DNA of 17,541 nt from Lysobacterales bacterium (GTDB lineage Bacteria; Pseudomonadota; Gammaproteobacteria; Steroidobacterales; Steroidobacteraceae), in the NCBI GenBank assembly GCA_040255535.1, contig JBDZVE010000077.1, positions 1 through 17,541 on the forward strand, in the 5' to 3' direction. Below, piece by piece: positions 14,616-17,541 of this stretch (position 1 is the first letter of the stretch; every line of letters starts with the position of its first letter). Made by a program: the position numbers and the translations under genes. The notes under the pieces were generated by a model. The model was not told the origin of the DNA. It did not search any database and saw nothing but the letters and a program-made list of their open reading frames with translations.

Positions 14616-16043
14616 TCAGGGAGCGACTGCCGAGAAGCGCGCCACTCGTGGTGCTGCCTCCCGTCCGGTGTGTGTATGGCGTAGCCTCGTGACGAACCGC
14701 TGCGCCCACGCTTTGATGTCGTTTGCCTTCAATCCCTCCAGCATCGCCGCATGACGTTCGCGCCGCTCGCCGAGTGACATATTGAGTGCCGTTTGAATGG
14801 CGTGGCCGACGGCGCGCGAGTCGTAAGGGTTCACTTGTAGCGCACCGCCGAGCTCGTGAGCGGCACCTGCGAGCGTCGAGAGCACGAGCACGCCCGGATC
14901 GTCCGGATCTTGTGCGGCAAGATACTCCTTTGCCACGAGATTCATCCCATCGCGCACGGGTGTCACGAGCCCGACTTGCGCCGCACGCAGAAATCCCATG
15001 AGCGATTCGTGCGGGAAGTTGCGATTGAGGTAGCGAATCGGCGTCCAGTCGGTATCCGCGAATCGCCCATTGGTTCGTCCGGCGGCCTGCTCGAGGGAGC
15101 GCCTGATCTCCCCATAGGAGTGCACATCTTTGCGCGAGAGCGGCGCAATCTGCAGGTATGTAACGTGGCCTCGATTATCCGGAAAGGACTCGAGGAATTG
15201 CTCGTACGCCGAAAAGCGCTCGACGAGTCCTTTGCTGTAATCGAGACGGTCGACGCCGATCACGAGCTTGCGGCCGACGAGGCTGTCGATCATCTTCTGC
15301 ACGATCTGGGTGCGATAGGCGTGCGATGCTTCCGCTTGAATGACATCCACATCGACGCCGATCGGAAAGATGCCGCTCGCGACCGCTCGCTCGCCGATCC
15401 TGATCGTGTCGTCCTCGCCGATTTCCGCCTGCGGAATGCATTGCTCGACGGCGGAGTGAAACGACTGCAAGTCGCTCTGCGCCTGGAAGCCTACGAGGTC
15501 ATAAGCGGCGAGGTCGCGCACGAGCTCCGCGTGAGTGGGAAGGACCCTGAGCGTCTCGATGTACGGGAACGGAATGTGCAAGAAAAAGCCGATCGGCGCG
15601 CGCACGCCAAGCTCCCGTAGTCGGCAGGCGAGCGGCACGAGATGATAGTCGTGCACCCAGATGACGTCATCGGGTTTGAGCAGCGGAGCGAGCTTCTGCG
15701 CGAACTGTCGATTCACGGCTTCATACGCGTCCCGGTCTTCGTGACGGAAACGGAATCGCGTCGGCATGTAATGGAAGAGCGGCCAGAGCGCTTCGTTCGA
15801 AAAGCCGTTGTAGTACCGCTGGAATTGGTCGCGTCGAAGCTCGATGAGCGCGTAAGTGACGCCGTCGCGCACGTGAATGGCGGGCTCGCCCGGATCGTGA
15901 TCGACGAGCTCGCCGCCCCATCCGAACCAGAGGCCGCCGGTATGCTTGAGCGCGCTCAACACGCCGACGGCAAGTCCGCCGGGAGCCGCCGCCTTGCGAG
16001 GGAGCGACACGCGATTGGAGACGCAGATCAGCCGCGACGCCAT
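14616..16043 (-). CDS. otsA: Alpha,alpha-trehalose-phosphate synthase (UDP-forming), GT20 family
   Basis: Start ATG 16043 gives MASRLICVSNRVSLPRKAAAPGGLAVGVLSALKHTGGLWFGWGGE, collinear with the E. coli OtsA N-terminus. Motifs WVHDYHL, FFLHIPFP, VERLDYSKG-like VDRLDYSKG, TPVRDGMNLVAKEY. An upstream in-frame ATG at 16118 overlaps the otsB stop (ATGA) and is an alternative start. Confidence 0.9.
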   Translation of the reverse strand: MASRLICVSNRVSLPRKAAAPGGLAVGVLSALKHTGGLWFGWGGELVDHDPGEPAIHVRDGVTYALIELRRDQFQRYYNGFSNEALWPLFHYMPTRFRFRHEDRDAYEAVNRQFAQKLAPLLKPDDVIWVHDYHLVPLACRLRELGVRAPIGFFLHIPFPYIETLRVLPTHAELVRDLAAYDLVGFQAQSDLQSFHSAVEQCIPQAEIGEDDTIRIGERAVASGIFPIGVDVDVIQAEASHAYRTQIVQKMIDSLVGRKLVIGVDRLDYSKGLVERFSAYEQFLESFPDNRGHVTYLQIAPLSRKDVHSYGEIRRSLEQAAGRTNGRFADTDWTPIRYLNRNFPHESLMGFLRAAQVGLVTPVRDGMNLVAKEYLAAQDPDDPGVLVLSTLAGAAHELGGALQVNPYDSRAVGHAIQTALNMSLGERRERHAAMLEGLKANDIKAWAQRFVTRLRHTHTGREAAPRVARFSAVAP

Positions 16044-16114
16044 CGAGACTCGCTCAGCGACAATCCCAAGACTCGAGTCAGTTCCATGTCGGCTCCTTGA
16101 ATCCCTAGATCCGC

Positions 16115-16873
16115 TCATCCCGCGCGCATGAGCTGCGGCTTCGCCGGCAGCTCTCGAATCCATCGGTGTACATCCGGGACGCTCGGCAGCCGAAATGACG
16201 CGCGTGTCGTCTCGGCGGCGCCTACGCGCACCGAGATGCCGCCGAGCGCATTGACCGCCTCGAACGCATCCTCGTCGGTGACATCATCGCCGATGTAGAT
16301 CGGCTGCCTGCCTGCGAACGGCGCTTGTTCCATGAACGTGCGCACTGCCGTGCCCTTCGTCGTCGCGCTCGGCCGGATCTCATACACGCATTTGCCCGCC
16401 TGCAACACGTACGCGGCGCCGAGTCGGTCGACGATCTCTTTCGCCTTCTCGCGAACGGCCTCGGCGAACTGCGGTGCAAGTCTGAAATGAACCGCGAGTG
16501 CGAACCCCTTGTCCTCGAGCAGCACGCCTTCGTGAATGCGCGCGAAGGCGGCAAGCTCCTCGTGCACGGCTCTCAGCGCCGTCGTATCGAGCGGCGCGCG
16601 CGCCAGCCGCCCGTCGGCGCCACGTCGTTCTGCACCATGCACGCCAGAAGCACAAAGGCGCAGCGGATCGAATAGCTCGTCGAGACTCGCAATGGTCCGA
16701 CCGCTGATGAGCGCGAGCGCGCCGTCGAGTCGACGAGCGACTTCGCCCAACAATGACTTGAGCTCTAAGGGTACGTAGACGCTTTCTGGTGTCTCGGCAA
16801 GCTCGATCAGCGTGCCATCTACATCGAGGAATAGAGCCCAACGCGCATTCTGATTGACTGCGGCGTGCGACAT
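16115..16873 (-). CDS. otsB: Trehalose-6-phosphate phosphatase (HAD superfamily)
   Basis: ATG 16873 is preferred over the track's TTG 16909 (AAGG upstream). HAD motifs FLDVDGTL, ISGR, IYIGDDVTDEDAF. Immediately upstream of otsA on the same strand. Confidence 0.88.
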   Translation of the reverse strand: MSHAAVNQNARWALFLDVDGTLIELAETPESVYVPLELKSLLGEVARRLDGALALISGRTIASLDELFDPLRLCASGVHGAERRGADGRLARAPLDTTALRAVHEELAAFARIHEGVLLEDKGFALAVHFRLAPQFAEAVREKAKEIVDRLGAAYVLQAGKCVYEIRPSATTKGTAVRTFMEQAPFAGRQPIYIGDDVTDEDAFEAVNALGGISVRVGAAETTRASFRLPSVPDVHRWIRELPAKPQLMRAG

Positions 16874-17085
16874 CCGGAGAACCTTACTGCGGATCGGCCG
16901 ATTGCTCAACCTCGGCTTATTCGCGCAGCGAGAGACAGCGGCTCGAAGTGCCGAAAACTGTATGAATTTTCACTTTGCATGGTGCGGCGCGCGCACGCAC
17001 GTGCGAGGAAGTAGTGGAAGAGCGGATTGCGCGCGCCGTTCGATCGCGGAGGATGGGCGAGGTCCAAATCAGCGAGGGCGATGCC

Positions 17086-17541
17086 ATGTTGTGCAGCGAG
17101 CTCATGAAAACGGACATCGAGTGCGTCTCGCCGATGACGCCCGTGAAAGAGGCGGCGCAGAGGATGCGAGATCAGAATATCGGTTTTCTGCCGGTCTGCG
17201 ACGAGCGCATGCGTCCGATCGGCACGATCACGGATCGCGATATCGCGATTCGCGTCGTTGCCGAGGGCTATCCTGCGAGCACGCCCGTCGAGACCTTCAT
17301 TACGTATGAAGTCGTGTCGTGCGATTCGGAGGACGATGTAAGTTTTGCGCGCCACCTGATGGCGCAGAACCGCGTCTCGAGGATCATCTGCACGAATCGC
17401 AAGGGACGCGTCGAAGGCATCATCAGCTTGTCGGACATCGCAGGGTTGGATGCGGTCGATGCGGCGCGAACGCTTGCCGATGTCGCGGGAAGAGAGTCCC
17501 GCCGCGTGCCCGAACGCATGCGGGCACGGTCGGGAGTTTAG
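17086..17541 (+). CDS. Stand-alone CBS-pair domain protein
   Basis: The track ORF begins at TTG 16975. ATG 17086 has GAGGG (17073-17077) upstream and starts directly at the CBS fold (MLCSELMKTDIECVSPMTPVKEAAQRMRDQNIGFLPVCDE...GTITDRDIAIRVV...VSRIICTNRKGRVEGIISLSDI). Stop TAG at 17539-17541, the window end. Confidence 0.78.
   Translation: MLCSELMKTDIECVSPMTPVKEAAQRMRDQNIGFLPVCDERMRPIGTITDRDIAIRVVAEGYPASTPVETFITYEVVSCDSEDDVSFARHLMAQNRVSRIICTNRKGRVEGIISLSDIAGLDAVDAARTLADVAGRESRRVPERMRARSGV

Noticed and set aside
16874-17085. TTG-initiated extensions of otsB (to 16909) and of the CBS protein (from 16975)
   Set aside because: Both extensions start at TTG, add non-conserved Arg-rich residues and would nearly abolish the shared divergent promoter region. 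Internal ATG codons with Shine-Dalgarno-like sequences fit the conserved domain starts.
1-17541. Scan for CRISPR arrays, tRNA/rRNA genes, transposase/integrase genes, terminal inverted repeats, and defence or toxin-antitoxin modules
   Set aside because: I found no regularly spaced direct repeats of CRISPR size, no cloverleaf-like or rRNA-like segments, and no ORF with recombinase, nuclease, ATPase-defence or toxin motifs. Composition looks uniform apart from the intergenic leaders. This was visual inspection only, so it is not exhaustive.

Overview
GC-rich, gene-dense, chromosomal-looking bacterial window. Codon usage and protein families suggest a proteobacterium, possibly Burkholderiales-like; this is inference only. 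I support 15 protein-coding genes and find no rRNA/tRNA genes, CRISPR arrays or mobile elements. Layout: a large secreted S8-type peptidase (603-3434) followed by a strong intrinsic terminator; a secreted SnoaL/DUF4440-like protein; a Cys-rich lipoprotein and an FMN-dependent alpha-hydroxy-acid dehydrogenase on the minus strand, divergent from a DeoR-family regulator; a small PGPGW membrane protein; a five-gene respiratory operon (7548-12691); an MscS-family channel; azurin; otsB-otsA on the minus strand; and a stand-alone CBS-pair protein. The respiratory operon encodes a dihaem cytochrome c, a lipoprotein cytochrome c, oxidase subunit II fused to cytochrome c, subunit I fused to a subunit III-like module, and a small membrane protein; its first four genes are joined by 4-nt stop/start overlaps. 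Verdict on the hunt: I see no defence island, toxin system or mobile-element cargo, and most of the window is ordinary housekeeping or respiratory content. The most unusual thing readable from the sequence is in oxidase subunit I. It keeps every metal ligand and the cross-link Tyr but carries non-canonical residues at the textbook D- and K-proton-pathway positions (GHPDVY, PRLSA, IPAGIQVF). This sits in a caa3-like fused architecture preceded by three paralogous cytochrome c modules. Secondary curiosities: an S8 peptidase with a roughly 350-aa insertion (including a PPC-like domain) between the oxyanion Asn and the catalytic Ser; a 600-bp ORF-poor leader with a perfect 10-2-10 palindrome; a degenerate heptamer tandem repeat in front of the lipoprotein gene; and structured or repeat-bearing intergenic regions upstream of azurin, the oxidase operon and the DeoR gene. 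All domain calls are by-eye motif recognition; no searches were run.
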